A stretch of 49,895 bases of DNA, taken from contig CAZLEV010000019.1 of NCBI GenBank assembly GCA_964558645.1, forward strand, positions 1-49,895, given 5' to 3'. The notes beneath the pieces are model-generated. The model was given only the letters and a program-made list of their open reading frames with translations. It was not told where the DNA came from and did no database searches. Origin of the DNA: an uncultured archaeon. Lineage in GTDB: Archaea; Asgardarchaeota; Thorarchaeia; Thorarchaeales; Thorarchaeaceae. This document shows, one piece after another, positions 18,848 through 27,033 of this stretch (its first letter is position 1; every line of letters begins with the position of its first letter). The translations under genes were made by a program, and so were the position numbers.

Positions 18848-20632
18848 TTATTCGTCTTCTTCGTCAGGCTCCTTGGGGTCAATTATCTCCTCAAGCTCTG
18901 CAATGGCATCATCATCCACAGTATGCGGGCTATCGGCTGCGGATGTGTCATCGGGAGGAGGAGTCTTGTCATCGAGGAGACCTAAAATCCTATCTAAGTC
19001 ATGAAGCTCATCTTCGTCAAGCTCATCAGGAGTCTCAAGTTCTCTTCCATTCGGGGTCACAGTTTCTTCGCACTTCAACGCATCTAGAGCCGTATCGAGA
19101 TCATCAGGGTCTGTGTTGTCTATCTCAGCAGTGATTATATCATCTGCATCTAATTTCTCAGAAAGGATTTCCTTGACCAGGCGCATCTCGTCAGTTTCCG
19201 CTCTGGAGGGCATCTCGCTTGTTTCCTCGGGTTCGGGCGGTACTTCGACGGGTATCTCTTCCATTTCGCTTTCGTCTTCGACCTTAACCTCGAATTCTTC
19301 GTCAGGAGTTTCAGATGGAAATTCTTTCTCCTCTTGCACGGGAATTATCTCGTACTCATTCTTGGCTTCGGATGCAGCCTCGGACTCTTCAACGAGAACT
19401 AGCTCGGTCGATGACGCGCGCATCGGCTCTGCAATGTCTTCGGAAACAGGAGATTCATCCACACCCTCTTCAGCCTCCTCTTCAGCAACCTCGAACTCTG
19501 CGGTAGTTCCTGAAACAAGAGACTCGTCCATCTTGTCATCCGTTTCTTCTGCTGCAAGTTCCTCCTCACCCTCTTCAAGCTCGACCTCCTCAATTAGCTC
19601 GTCGATTATCTCGTAATCATCTGTGTCTTCAATGATATGACCCTCCTCATCGACATACACCTCTTCAACGACCTCAACCGTTTCGTATTCTTCGTCCTCA
19701 TCTCGACCTCGAAGGTCTACCTCAGAGGCCTTTTCAGCAGCCTCATCGCTGAATCGCAGGAGTTCGCTTGCAGGAAGGTCCGGAAGGACTACTCCGACAT
19801 ACTGCGCGGCAGCATTCATCAGAATCCGCAGCATCTCATCGCGGCGTTCTTTATCAATGGCCACCATGGGGTATGTTGGGATTCCCAAGATCTTTTGAAC
19901 TACCTCGGGATTCATGGCGTTCGGTTTGTCTTGCTTGTTGGCAAGCGCGAAAATCGGAACCTTTGGTGCGTCACGACGAATTAGCTTGAGTATGTCCTTA
20001 CTGATGATGACATTCCTGAGGGTAGAGTCACATACCAAGAAGATTACATCTGCGCCGTGGAAGTAAAAACGCCAGAGTGTTCTGAAACGTTCCTGACCGG
20101 CGAAATCCCACAAGACCAAACTGTAGTTGCCGAACCGTATGTTCTCGACGGTTTCCAGATTCAGAGCTATTGTGGGCACGTACTGCTTCGGAGGAGTATC
20201 TCCAAGTAGCAAGTGCAGAGTTGTCGTCTTTCCCACACCACCTTCTCCCACAAGAGCAATTTTCAGACGTGTAGTGACTGAGGGCTCGATGAGCGATTCA
20301 TATTGTTCAATCAGTTTGTCTAGACCCACTTTTTCAAGGGTTCTTCGTACCGACTTCACTGCGTTTTCCATACGCTCAAAGATTGAGTGTTCATCCTCAC
20401 TAGTATCCGTGACGAATACCAAGAGAAGGTCTTTGACTATCTCAAGACCGTGATACTTGTCATCCCCGATGATCAAGGGAAGCTCAGACATCGAACTATC
20501 AGCTGACCGTATATCGGACCTAGTTTCAACGAACTCCGTGACTTCTTCTGATGTGACCTGCACGGGCCAGTACTGGGTCGAGGCAAGCACTTCGTTGTTG
20601 GAAACACGGACCAGGAATGTATTGTGAATCAA
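18848..20632 (-). CDS. Longin-like domain + Arf/Rab-like small GTPase + long acidic tail
   Basis: GEGGVGKTT, YVPTIALN, WDFAGQERFRTLW, NKQD; the N-terminal 120 aa have a longin-like pattern; the C-terminal half is E/D-rich. Confidence 0.85.
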   Translation of the reverse strand: MIHNTFLVRVSNNEVLASTQYWPVQVTSEEVTEFVETRSDIRSADSSMSELPLIIGDDKYHGLEIVKDLLLVFVTDTSEDEHSIFERMENAVKSVRRTLEKVGLDKLIEQYESLIEPSVTTRLKIALVGEGGVGKTTTLHLLLGDTPPKQYVPTIALNLETVENIRFGNYSLVLWDFAGQERFRTLWRFYFHGADVIFLVCDSTLRNVIISKDILKLIRRDAPKVPIFALANKQDKPNAMNPEVVQKILGIPTYPMVAIDKERRDEMLRILMNAAAQYVGVVLPDLPASELLRFSDEAAEKASEVDLRGRDEDEEYETVEVVEEVYVDEEGHIIEDTDDYEIIDELIEEVELEEGEEELAAEETDDKMDESLVSGTTAEFEVAEEEAEEGVDESPVSEDIAEPMRASSTELVLVEESEAASEAKNEYEIIPVQEEKEFPSETPDEEFEVKVEDESEMEEIPVEVPPEPEETSEMPSRAETDEMRLVKEILSEKLDADDIITAEIDNTDPDDLDTALDALKCEETVTPNGRELETPDELDEDELHDLDRILGLLDDKTPPPDDTSAADSPHTVDDDAIAELEEIIDPKEPDEEDE

Positions 20633-20761
20633 CAGTCTTTCACCAATGATATGAAGATAGCCTATCGCTTGGAATCATCTTTCAATGTATATGTAAATCA
20701 ATCCTTGACGGACTCAAGGCACCTTGAACCATTCCTATAAAAGATATGAAGACAGTCCGCT

Positions 20762-21724
20762 ATGCTAATATCTCACAGAGATGTTAGAAGAAGCCAGTGG
20801 GCCATGATTTCTCTCAGACCTGGATCAAGCGATATGTTCGAAGACCTCGCGAAACTCTACAATACAGTCAATAGCTATGATAACCCTGATCATCACGATA
20901 TTGGGTCAGAATATGTCTCCAGGCTCTTCTCGCGCCGAGAAGCAAGACCTGACGAAAACACGATCCTGGCACTAGATGTTGAAGGTAGACTGGTGGGTTC
21001 GTCTGTGTTCTTTCGCCGAACATCTCACAAAGGCCTCTATTCGTTGACAATTCAAGTCCATCCGGACTCCAGAAGGCAAGGCGTAGGCACATCGCTGCTT
21101 AAAGAGTCAGAGTTCAAAGCCGAGAAAGCAACCATGTTCGTCGGTAGTATTCCCAGCTTCAGAGAGGAGTCCATCAGCTTCGCTACAAAGAGGGGATTTC
21201 TGAAAACCGGCAAACTGGAGATGATGAGACTGAAATCATTGGAGGGTGTCAATCGTTTCGAACCAATATCAGGCTATTCTCTTCGAGAGGCACGAGATAC
21301 GGATTCCTCAGAGTGGAGCAAGCTGCAGAACGAAATATTCAAGGGGCATTTCCGCTACGAGCCAGTATCAGACGAATACTACAGCAGAATGACACAAAGA
21401 AGAGCCTTTGTCCCTGACTTCAGCTTGGTCATGCTCCATGATGGACAGATAGTCGCTTACTGCTTGGGACTAGTACAATACGACTCGGAACGATCGAACG
21501 GAGGGCGTCTGCTGATTCAAGGCCTGGGAGTTAAACGAGGGCATCGCGGCAGAGGATTGGGTCTGAAGCTGCTGACAGAGGTTCTCGCTCGAGCACGACG
21601 GACGGGTGTTGAGTCTTCGATCTTGGTTGTGGATAGTGCAGCGATACCAGCTATGTCACTATACCGGAAAATAGGCTATAAACGTCGATACAGCATACTC
21701 TGGTTTCGAAAGAAACTGGGCTGA
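20762..21724 (+). CDS. Tandem GNAT acetyltransferase (MshD-like)
   Basis: Two acetyl-CoA motifs, VHPDSRRQGVGTSLL and VKRGHRGRGLGLKLL; AMSLYRKIGY. Confidence 0.88.
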   Translation: MLISHRDVRRSQWAMISLRPGSSDMFEDLAKLYNTVNSYDNPDHHDIGSEYVSRLFSRREARPDENTILALDVEGRLVGSSVFFRRTSHKGLYSLTIQVHPDSRRQGVGTSLLKESEFKAEKATMFVGSIPSFREESISFATKRGFLKTGKLEMMRLKSLEGVNRFEPISGYSLREARDTDSSEWSKLQNEIFKGHFRYEPVSDEYYSRMTQRRAFVPDFSLVMLHDGQIVAYCLGLVQYDSERSNGGRLLIQGLGVKRGHRGRGLGLKLLTEVLARARRTGVESSILVVDSAAIPAMSLYRKIGYKRRYSILWFRKKLG

Positions 21725-22139
21725 TCGGCTGCTATGTCACGATTATGAAACAATGAATGTTCAGAAGGATGCTCGTATAGGAGCGGGGTTCGCCAAGCCG
21801 AAGCCTGAAGAGGCGAACCTTCCGCATCCGTCAGGTCATATAGACCAGCCCAACTACAAGGCGCACGAAACAATTCAGTATGTGCAAGTTTGCAAGGGAA
21901 TCTTGCAAGGGGACCAATGCTAGAAACTCATTCTTTGGGACCAATATTGCGAATGCGAGTTTCCGACGGGGAAATTCGAACGCCCCATATTTGAGCTATC
22001 GAAGTGCGGAACTCGAAACGAATTCGGAACCGCATCATTCGCAGTACAGTCATTCTATATGAATCTTGTTAGCTCTCAGATACAGGAGAAACACTACATC
22101 TCACCCATCCGAATTCAGATGGAGCCAGCTAAAGGACGA
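21725..22139. other. Structured 415-nt intergenic element between convergent genes (possible ncRNA or repeat)
   Basis: Several stems (GGTTCGCC/GGCGAACC; ATTGCGAATG/CATTCGCAGT enclosing CGAGTTTCC/GGAAATTCG and TGCGG/CCGCA); short direct repeats TGCAAG x3 and GGGACCAAT x2. Confidence 0.35.
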
Positions 22140-23279
22140 CTAGCGTGGGAAATTGTCACGCAGTAGCCTTAGATGTTGATGAACCATTTCACGGGCTCGT
22201 GAATCGTCAGGTGTTTTCTCAAGCTCGGTGATGAGGTCTTGGAGGAAATACTCCGGGAAGAATAGACGCACACGGATGTCGTTGAGCAGAAAGAGCCATT
22301 TGTCAAATTCCCCAGAAGGCCCCTTTCGCCTCTTCTCTGAGATCACACGGTACTTTTTCAGAGTCTCAATTGCAGCTCTGAGCTCTTTGGGGGGAATGCC
22401 AAGCGACGCTTCCAATTCCGCAACGCTTACCGGACGGGTTCGGACTTCTGTTAACAGGTCGTAACAATCTGGGTCTGCAAGAATCTCAGCTATTGCCACC
22501 GTGTCTTCAGGTGTTTTGGTCCATTCGGTGAGAAACTCAAGAACCTCAGCCTTGTATTGGGCAGCCAACTCAGGATCAAGAATCTCGGTTGAAGACTCCA
22601 TAGCAGTCAGAGGTGGTGCTCTGAACACTTCAAGGTCTTTTATCATGAAGACACAGGTTCGCCCAATCTCGTCGACCCACTCGCTCTTCACCAAGCCCAG
22701 CTCCTCAAATGGAGAGAGTATCGAGTCAACACTCACACTGGGAAGGCCCGTGACCATCTTGAGCCACTCCTCAAGATCCTCTTTGGAAATACCACCCTTC
22801 CAGAGCTTTGGAAACACCGCGCGAGACACCTCGTCATAGAATAAGCGCGCCAAACGACTCTCATCGGTCATTCCCGCAAGGCGAATTATCCGACGATACG
22901 TGTTATCGAGTTCTTCTTTGAGTTCGGCATCCGTCATGGATATGACTGCATTTGTGATGGGAGAAACAACAGATGTGATCGCGGCCTCGTATGTCTTGGG
23001 ATCTTCTGATGGAGTCAGTAAGAGAGAGATGCAGTACTGCTCCTCTTCTCGCACAATTCCTGTATAGTAGGATGCAACATTGTATTCTTCACCGCCGATT
23101 CGAATACTGAGCGTAGAGAATCCCGCGGTGGCATCGCCCATCGCGTGAGAAGTAAAGATTCTCATGGCTTCGGTGTTCAAATCCTCGCGATAATAGTCCG
23201 CGAAATCATCCGGCACTTTCGCCTTCAGAACGGCACCAATCTTACTGTCCCAATCGATTAGGAGCATAGCAACGGGCAT
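22140..23279 (-). CDS. Asgard-type longin/uDENN-like N-terminal domain protein with C-terminal winged helices
   Basis: N-terminal MLLIDWDSKIGAVLKAKVP strand-turn-strand; SKEDLEEWL..SVDSILSPFEELGLV and SVAELEASLGIPPKELRAAIETLKKYRVI wHTH-like segments. Confidence 0.7.
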   Translation of the reverse strand: MPVAMLLIDWDSKIGAVLKAKVPDDFADYYREDLNTEAMRIFTSHAMGDATAGFSTLSIRIGGEEYNVASYYTGIVREEEQYCISLLLTPSEDPKTYEAAITSVVSPITNAVISMTDAELKEELDNTYRRIIRLAGMTDESRLARLFYDEVSRAVFPKLWKGGISKEDLEEWLKMVTGLPSVSVDSILSPFEELGLVKSEWVDEIGRTCVFMIKDLEVFRAPPLTAMESSTEILDPELAAQYKAEVLEFLTEWTKTPEDTVAIAEILADPDCYDLLTEVRTRPVSVAELEASLGIPPKELRAAIETLKKYRVISEKRRKGPSGEFDKWLFLLNDIRVRLFFPEYFLQDLITELEKTPDDSRAREMVHQHLRLLRDNFPR

Positions 23280-23396
23280 CTTCTTCTTACTCCCGGTCCC
23301 TTAGAGGCCTTGTCAGAGGGGGGTATTTCTCAATAGGATGCATGTTGTCTATCTAAAAAAGCTTGTCACTTTTTCGACCGCGAATCAGATTTTCCA

Positions 23397-24050
23397 CTAA
23401 ACGACATGAGTGTATAGCTCACGGCGAATCTCTGAGAGAATCCTCGCTACTACCTGCTGCAGAGGCTGCGTTGCATCGACAACGCAATAGTTCGCTTTGT
23501 CTTCACGACTCATCTCGAGATAGGCCTGACGAACCTCGACTAACCGATCAAGATCCTCGAACTGCTTGTTTGCTTCGCATCCCCGGCCACCTATACGGGA
23601 GAGGCCTTCTTCCGCGGGCAGATCTAGAATAAACACAACATCAGGTTCGGGTGGAGATATTTCCATACGATTTCTGCGTAAGATAGCTTGCCAAGGAATG
23701 CCCGTACTGGCTGACTGATATGCTCCAGTGGCGTAGTAATACCGATCCAATATGATGATCTTGTTCTGTCGGAGTGCAGGACGAATTCGTTCCCTTATGT
23801 GCCACCTGCGATCCTTGATGAAGAGGTCAAGCTCCTCCTCCGGGGTTAGTTCTCCTGTAGGTGACCTCCTCCGTATCTCCTGACCCCACTGACTCTCATC
23901 TGTTGGTTCTCGTAAACGTATATTCATGAACCCCTCTGAGGTTAGCTCTTCGGACACCCTATCTGCAACAACCGTCTTGCCGGCACCGTCGATGCCTTCT
24001 AAGACGAAGAGGAACCCTCTGTCCAGTTGCTTGTAGTCCTCATTGGTCAA
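23397..24050 (-). CDS. tmk: Thymidylate kinase
   Basis: LEGIDGAGKT, REP, LF..DR..H, DRYYY...AYQ, PD. Confidence 0.95.
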   Translation of the reverse strand: MTNEDYKQLDRGFLFVLEGIDGAGKTVVADRVSEELTSEGFMNIRLREPTDESQWGQEIRRRSPTGELTPEEELDLFIKDRRWHIRERIRPALRQNKIIILDRYYYATGAYQSASTGIPWQAILRRNRMEISPPEPDVVFILDLPAEEGLSRIGGRGCEANKQFEDLDRLVEVRQAYLEMSREDKANYCVVDATQPLQQVVARILSEIRRELYTHVV

Positions 24051-24180
24051 TCACAATCACCGCAACAGCAAGAAACAAGGATGTCGCAGAGATGAAGGTT
24101 TTAGGTTCTTCGGTGAGAGGATTTCAGCTTAGAAAGGGACAGCTCCAAAATGTATATCTTTGAAGCAGTCACTATGTACT

Positions 24181-24424
24181 GATAGGACTTGAAGGGGACG
24201 TAGTGTCTGAATGTCAAAAAGGCGCCTTCTGGTGGAGAATCAATCTCCATCGAATGGAAAGTCGTTTGGATATGCTCTCTTTAAGAAGAAACTGCGAATC
24301 AAACTTGCCATCGCGTTCGTTCTTAACTTGGTCCCCTTGCAGAGTTATCCAATCCAGCGACCCGTATTTCAAGAGGCGCTTAATCGATGATGCTCATCAC
24401 GAAGACCAGCCGTCCTTGCGACGG
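24181..24424 (+). ncRNA. Candidate structured RNA (stand-alone ncRNA or riboswitch-like leader of a cobalamin uptake operon)
   Basis: Nine mutually compatible helices whose non-canonical pairs are G-U on the + strand; TATA-like TGTATAT at ~24151; B12-box-like GAAGACCAGCC at 24401-24411. Confidence 0.5.
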
Positions 24425-24486
24425 TAATCCTTAAATTCAGTATGATGAGGTTGTAGGTCAACCAATCCTACAACTGGTGGAAAAAT

Positions 24487-24972
24487 GTGAAGCCGACTTT
24501 AGCCATAGCCTTCCTCCTAGTACTGATTATCAGCATCCCAGTCACAGATGGGAAACGAAACCGATGTGCAGTGCCAGCAAGCGGGATCAACGTGAGTCTG
24601 AGACTTGACTTCGGCAATGGAACCTCGATTTCGTATGATAACTTAGAGGGCAGTACAGTACTGAACGTGACGGAGAGTGTCGTTGCTGTTGAGTATGAAT
24701 GGTATGGAGATCTGGTGTTTGTAACTTCAATTGCTAATGTATCGAATGATGCTGACCAAGGACTCTGGTGGCAGTATTGGGTCAACGGAGAGATTGGATC
24801 TGTTGCCGCCAATCAATATACAGTTGAGGATGGTGACCTCATAGAGTGGCGACTAGGCCCCACAGAAACGCCCCCAGCTGAAACGGACTGGTCACTCCTA
24901 ATTGGTTTGTCGATTGTTGGGGCGGCAGCGTTTCTGTTCCTGGTTCTTCTCCGACTATCATCCCGCGGGTAG
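24487..24972 (+). CDS. DUF4430 / transcobalamin C-terminal-like domain protein, membrane anchored
   Basis: LDFGNG, YGDLVFVTSIANV, WWQYWVNG....VAANQY.VEDGD.IEW; N-terminal signal and C-terminal TM. Confidence 0.85.
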   Translation: MKPTLAIAFLLVLIISIPVTDGKRNRCAVPASGINVSLRLDFGNGTSISYDNLEGSTVLNVTESVVAVEYEWYGDLVFVTSIANVSNDADQGLWWQYWVNGEIGSVAANQYTVEDGDLIEWRLGPTETPPAETDWSLLIGLSIVGAAAFLFLVLLRLSSRG

Positions 24973-24978
24973 ATTCCT

Positions 24979-25743
24979 TTGGTCGACAATGTCATGAAGC
25001 ACACTGCTATCTGTATGATACTTACGTTGATTACGATGTCATCTTCAGGGTTCTATCACGATTGCTTCACCCCCTCCGAAGAAGGAAACACCATCGTGAA
25101 GTGGAATGTTATTGATAGTCCTTTGACACCGGTTGCCTGGGGATGGTCAGGATCCGAGAAATGGCTGGTCCAGAGAGATTCGAGAATCACGTTTGAGGTG
25201 ATCGCAGTTGAGCCTGAAATCGCCGGTATCCTAACAATAGGGAACCTGACAATCAATGCGAACAACAGCCAGATCGGAACAGAGCTGGTGTTGGGTGTAT
25301 GGGGATTGACTCCTTTCTTCCCGGGGCTCATCATTCCCATTGATGATGAGGCAGTCGACCGACTGAACCAGACCGCTCAGGATAGCGCTTCGCGGAAGAG
25401 CGGAAACTACATGAATGGTTCGATGGCAGTCTATACTGAACAAGTAGTTTCTTCGAACGAAACCTATCACTGTGTCGTTTTCGACTACGTTCAAGATCCT
25501 GTGGGTTTTGGAGAGGCGCAGAAGACGGAATTGAAATATGATCTGGAGACCGGCGTTCTCGTTTTCTGCAACACATCTTACTCATTCGGAACTCCCTACA
25601 TACTGAGTCTTGAGATATCATCAATAGAACATCCTGCTGGCCTCAGTAGTCCTGATTCGCTGCTGCTCATGATGATAGCATTGAGTGGAACTGCGACAGT
25701 GATTGTCTTCACATTTGGTGTATGTTACTTCAAGAGAAGGTGA
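24979..25743 (+). CDS. Hypothetical secreted, C-terminally anchored protein
   Basis: Signal peptide, YDLETGVL motif common in archaeal surface beta proteins, C-terminal TM plus KRR. Confidence 0.75.
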   Translation: MVDNVMKHTAICMILTLITMSSSGFYHDCFTPSEEGNTIVKWNVIDSPLTPVAWGWSGSEKWLVQRDSRITFEVIAVEPEIAGILTIGNLTINANNSQIGTELVLGVWGLTPFFPGLIIPIDDEAVDRLNQTAQDSASRKSGNYMNGSMAVYTEQVVSSNETYHCVVFDYVQDPVGFGEAQKTELKYDLETGVLVFCNTSYSFGTPYILSLEISSIEHPAGLSSPDSLLLMMIALSGTATVIVFTFGVCYFKRR

Positions 25744-25759
25744 CCAGAGAGGTTTGGAT

Positions 25760-26353
25760 ATGAAAGAAGAAGACGGGGTTCACATCTCAAGGAGCAGATG
25801 GGTCGCCCTAGCTGCCACGATGACTGCACTTGCTCTAGTGGGCAATTACTCACTAGTAGCAATCCCCAGTGTCGAGTTCGGCACAGCAGTTCTCTTCGTA
25901 ACTGCGTACGTGTTCGGTCTCAGTATGGGAATCTGGTGTACTCTATTGATGTCATTGGTCTTTGGGATTATGAATCCCTGGGGCGCGTTCATTCCTCAGA
26001 TATGGGTATTCCAGGTCATCGGTTGGGCTTACGTTTGTGCAACTGCGGCTCTTCTAGGTAGGGATAGCCCAATCATTGAGGATAAGAGACCTGGTTTTCT
26101 CATGCTTGCAGCAGTGGGTGCGTTCATCACACTGGTCTTTGACCTTCTAACAAATGTAGGCTTTTCCATTGCATTTGGATATCCATACTTACTTTCGATT
26201 CTAACGGGACTCCCCTTCACTGCGGTGCATGTCTTCTCAAACGCCCTCATAATCCCTCTGGCAGTTCCCAGACTAGAACTGGCAATCAAGCGAGACCTTG
26301 GCGGAGCAATTTGGTTCGTTGAAGAAAATCTTCCTGATTCTACCATAGAATAA
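25760..26353 (+). CDS. ECF transporter S-component, CbrT (cobalamin)-like; start moved to ATG 25760
   Basis: About 6 TM helices, AxxxA motif in helix 1 (ALAATMTALA), IPSVE loop, FQVIGW, FDLLTN, H..SN. Confidence 0.78.
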   Translation: MKEEDGVHISRSRWVALAATMTALALVGNYSLVAIPSVEFGTAVLFVTAYVFGLSMGIWCTLLMSLVFGIMNPWGAFIPQIWVFQVIGWAYVCATAALLGRDSPIIEDKRPGFLMLAAVGAFITLVFDLLTNVGFSIAFGYPYLLSILTGLPFTAVHVFSNALIIPLAVPRLELAIKRDLGGAIWFVEENLPDSTIE

Positions 26354-26394
26354 AATACGCACAAAGCTCACAACAGAGTGGAGCTTGACCGGCA

Positions 26395-27033
26395 TTGCAC
26401 TGGAAAGACACTCTCATTGAACTCTCGGAGCCAGCAGACGGACGGGTGCCCCCCGTCTTTAAGCCGTATCATGCAGCTGTTGCGGTTATCATGATTGGTA
26501 GGCGTCAACCTCTTGGAAGATATGAGCTCTGTGAGAATATGTCAGTGGGTGAGGGCAGTGTGAGAACACTCCTGAAGAGGCTGTCAGAGAGCGGCCATAT
26601 CGCTCCAGAAGGGAGACAAGGACAGAAACTCACCAACACGGGTAAGGATCTCTTCGAAAGTATCATACAGGATATTCCTTTGGGACTCTTTCTTGATGTA
26701 GGCAAGCTGACTGTATTCGAGCATTCCTTTGCCAACATTGCGAGGGACAAGGCGGGATCAGTGACCGATGGAATAAGGCAAAGAGATGAGGCAATCATCC
26801 AAGGCGGAGCAGAAAGGGCAGGTGCAACGACACTCATCATGAAAAACGGGCTTCTCGTCATGCCGCCTGATGATTTCAATATACTCGGGACGTATCCCGA
26901 GGAGACCCTTCTCATAACTGAGAGCTTGAAACCACACGAGAACGATGCAATAGTGATAGGATCCGCAGACGATAGAAATCTTGCAAGGGAGGTTTCAATG
27001 GCTGCGGTCATGACTCTGTTTGAAGTTGATTGA
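26395..27033 (+). CDS. Archaeal wHTH protein (DUF4443-like)
   Basis: GRVPPVF, PLGRYELCENMSVGEGSVRTLLKRL, GIRQRDEAI..GA..GATT. Confidence 0.78.
   Translation: MHWKDTLIELSEPADGRVPPVFKPYHAAVAVIMIGRRQPLGRYELCENMSVGEGSVRTLLKRLSESGHIAPEGRQGQKLTNTGKDLFESIIQDIPLGLFLDVGKLTVFEHSFANIARDKAGSVTDGIRQRDEAIIQGGAERAGATTLIMKNGLLVMPPDDFNILGTYPEETLLITESLKPHENDAIVIGSADDRNLAREVSMAAVMTLFEVD

Noticed and set aside
18848-19720. Tandem DNA repeat or microsatellite in the TC-rich stretch
   Set aside because: It reflects Glu/Asp codons of the acidic tail; there is no periodic unit.
21881-21950. Possible mini-CRISPR (TGCAAG and GGGACCAAT repeats)
   Set aside because: Repeats are only 6-9 nt, irregularly spaced, and no cas genes are present.
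21960-22005. tRNA-like fragment on the - strand (TAGCTCA...GGGGCGTTCGAATTTCCCC)
   Set aside because: No anticodon arm or complete cloverleaf; T-arm geometry is wrong.
21880-22062. 60-aa ORF with pentapeptide-like GTNARNSFF/GTNIANASF
   Set aside because: Too short, no SD, and the repeat is explained by the GGGACCAAT nucleotide duplication.
24181-24424. SRP RNA, RNase P RNA or canonical cobalamin riboswitch
   Set aside because: No SRP helix-8 motif, no RNase P GAGGAA/ACANAA regions, and no T-loop or GGGAAG of canonical Cbl riboswitches; kept only as a novel or variant RNA candidate.
24203-24427. 74-aa ORF
   Set aside because: Atypical composition, no motif, and it coincides with the base-paired element.
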